In this document: piece by piece, positions 61,981-64,000 of the stretch | How positions within the stretch are numbered: position 1 is the first letter of the stretch | How the letters are laid out: each line of letters opens with the position of its first letter | Source: Vicugna vicugna | Taxonomy: Eukaryota | Direction of reading: 5' to 3' | NCBI GenBank assembly: GCA_013265495.1 | Contig: MU057398.1 | Location: forward strand, 744,001 to 808,000 | DNA: 64,000 nucleotides | Position numbers and translations under genes: made by a program | Notes under the pieces: model-generated | Seen by the model: only the letters and a program-made list of their open reading frames with translations | The model's database searches: none | What the model was told of the DNA's origin: nothing

Positions 61981-64000
61981 GTACGTGTGCTGGGGGCATC
62001 CCTCTTGAGTCTTCTCACTGACTAATGGTGGCCCACCAGACACAGAAGGTCTGCCCCATGTTACATTTTTTCTTTCCATTTATGAAAGCAAAGGAACTGG
62101 AGAAAAAAGTCTCTTGGGAAACAAGCAGAAAGTAGTAGCCAGGCAGAGTCTGAGGGGTGGCTACCAGGACTGCTGGGAAGGGCATGGTAGACTGCCTGGC
62201 ACTCTCTCCAGATAGGCTGAGGGCTGCAGCCATCTGACCTCAGGGCTCCAGGCCTGACGCATCCCAAGCTCCCTACTAGCTCTGGGTAGCTCCACTCCTG
62301 CCCTGCCCAGTCCACAACCAGATAATCCTATAACATCCCAGAGGCTAGTAGGTTGAGAGCTACAAGGGACTGTGGTTTCTCTCTCCCCCTTGTAGCATGG
62401 GGCCTGAGATAGCCAAGATAGTCAAATGTTGCCCTAATTGCAGCCTCAAGAATGCCAGTAGAGCTGTAGCCTTAGGTAAAGCTGTTCTGCTTATCTGTGC
62501 TTCTGTCTCTTCCTAGATTGATATTAATGCAGGGAGTCTGTTATGCATGCACACATCCCCACTCATCCCCTGTCTCAAGAGAGAAAGGAGTTCATGCAAG
62601 TAAACACCCTGACTTCTAAAGCTCTGGGCCACTGCAGGGGACAGTGCACATCTGTCTTCACATAGTAGAGGCCAGAAGCAGCACCAGCCAGAAACCTGTG
62701 GGCCAGCAGATCTCATGTGACTACCAAAGATACTTTATTTGGAACAAGTAGTATTTAGTTTTTTAAATTAGTTGTCAACTTTCAAAAGTCAGGAGATTTT
62801 ATATGGAATCCAGATTTTATATGGAATCCAAAATCCAAACCTCTTGAAAACTGGGAAGATCTGGAAACAGTGGGATGGCATTCCCTTGCCAATAGTTGAC
62901 TGGAGCCAAGCAGGGGGCCCCGTTTATGTGGACGTCCACAGCCAGCTTGCCACATCTCTGCCCCCTGCCAGCCACTCGTGTTCAGAGTGCATCCCTGGCC
63001 CTGTGAGTGTTGGAAGCTGGAAGAAAACTAGTGAAGAAGCAGCCAGCAAGCAGGGAGTATCCAGTGCTGTGGTCAGTCTGGTGGTTACGGTATGAGCATG
63101 ACTAGGGCTGATCAGGGATGAGCTCTCAGAAGAGGTGACATATAAGCTGAGACTTAAATGACAAGGGGTCAGTCATGTGTAGATCTGGGGGAACGGCATC
63201 CCCAGCAGGGGCCCCGCTGGCTCTGTGGTATGCCCAAGTGTGAGGTGCTTAGGGAGCAGCAGGAAAGGCGCAAGACTCCCCAGTGTGGAGAAGAGCTTGT
63301 TGACGGAAGAAGGGGAGTGACAGGAGATGGTGACTTGGGCCAGGACAGTAGCTGTGAGATTGAAGAGAAGTGGACTCATCCAGAATCTTTCTTGGCAGGA
63401 GAGCCAGCAGGATGCCATGGGGTAGGTGTCAGGGCAGGAACCAAGGCTGGCACTGGGTGCAGGTCAGAGCATCTGGGTGTGGAGTGGTGTTGCTTTCTGA
63501 GAAGGACAAGATGGAGAGGAATGGACTTTGGGGACACAGGAGTGCTGTCTGGGCCCTGGAAAGTCAGGGTACCTGTTAGACTGGGTGTGGGGGTGCCAGG
63601 TAGGTCAGAGGACAGATCAGTTGTCTTCAAACGTGTTTGCTCTCCAAACTGCTCTGTGTGTTTTTCTCAATTAGATACCCTTCTGCCTGGTTTTAAGTTA
63701 ACATCTAAATCATTCATCACAGATTTAAGTAGATGCAAAGGATATAACTTCCCATATATTGAAATTTGTGACACGTTAGTGCTCAGATCATCCAATTACT
63801 TGAAGGCTCTCTTTGTCAGAAATTAAATCTTTTTCTACTTGAATTCTTACTTCCATTCTATTTTCCCGATGTATATTTTTGCATGAAAGCCTTTTGTTGA
63901 TAATTCTATTGTTTTCTGCAACAAAAATATATACATATGTTGATTTTTAAAAAAAATTTTTCCTATATTCACAGGCCTTGAAGCATTATATGTTTTTTTC

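Noticed and set aside
62793..62830. 18-bp tandem duplication AGATTTTATATGGAATCC x2, and similar micro-duplications near 4985-5025, 13692-13725 and 19070-19135
   Set aside because: Ordinary slippage-type duplications in intronic or intergenic DNA with no sign of function
63158..63826. 222-aa ORF as a further TKTL1 exon
   Set aside because: No transketolase similarity; overlaps an antisense L2-like fragment; the next TKTL1 exon lies beyond the window

Overview
Mammalian (eutherian) genomic DNA from the X-linked colour-vision locus. The young tRNA-derived SINEs resemble the camelid Vic-1 family, so the species is probably a camel, alpaca or llama (inference). Left to right: ~20 kb of repeat-rich intergenic DNA with an orphan CpG island (~18.0-18.7 kb); the opsin locus control region (37-bp core at 20983-21019); one intact long/middle-wave cone opsin gene (OPN1LW, + strand, 6 exons, 364 aa, tuning sites A180/H197/F277/T285/A308); an intact TEX28 on the - strand (4 coding exons, 411 aa), tail-to-tail with the opsin; and the first 7 coding exons (343 codons) of TKTL1 on the + strand, head-to-head with TEX28 and running off the window. 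All exons were read by hand, have GT-AG boundaries and join in frame. I found no novel multi-gene system; this is a well-studied locus. The best second-look items are: a still-readable dead transketolase exon in TKTL1 intron 2; the TEX28 start exon embedded in antisense LINE-1 sequence; an Arg in the TKTL1 thiamine-diphosphate motif (RDG for GDG); the opsin Y277F tuning state; a CpG-rich 16-bp minisatellite at the TKTL1 promoter; a 449-bp tandem duplication; and the orphan CpG island with CTCF/E2F-like motifs. Most ORFs in the supplied track are chance ORFs in introns and repeats. Repeat family names and most repeat boundaries are approximate, from visual recognition only.
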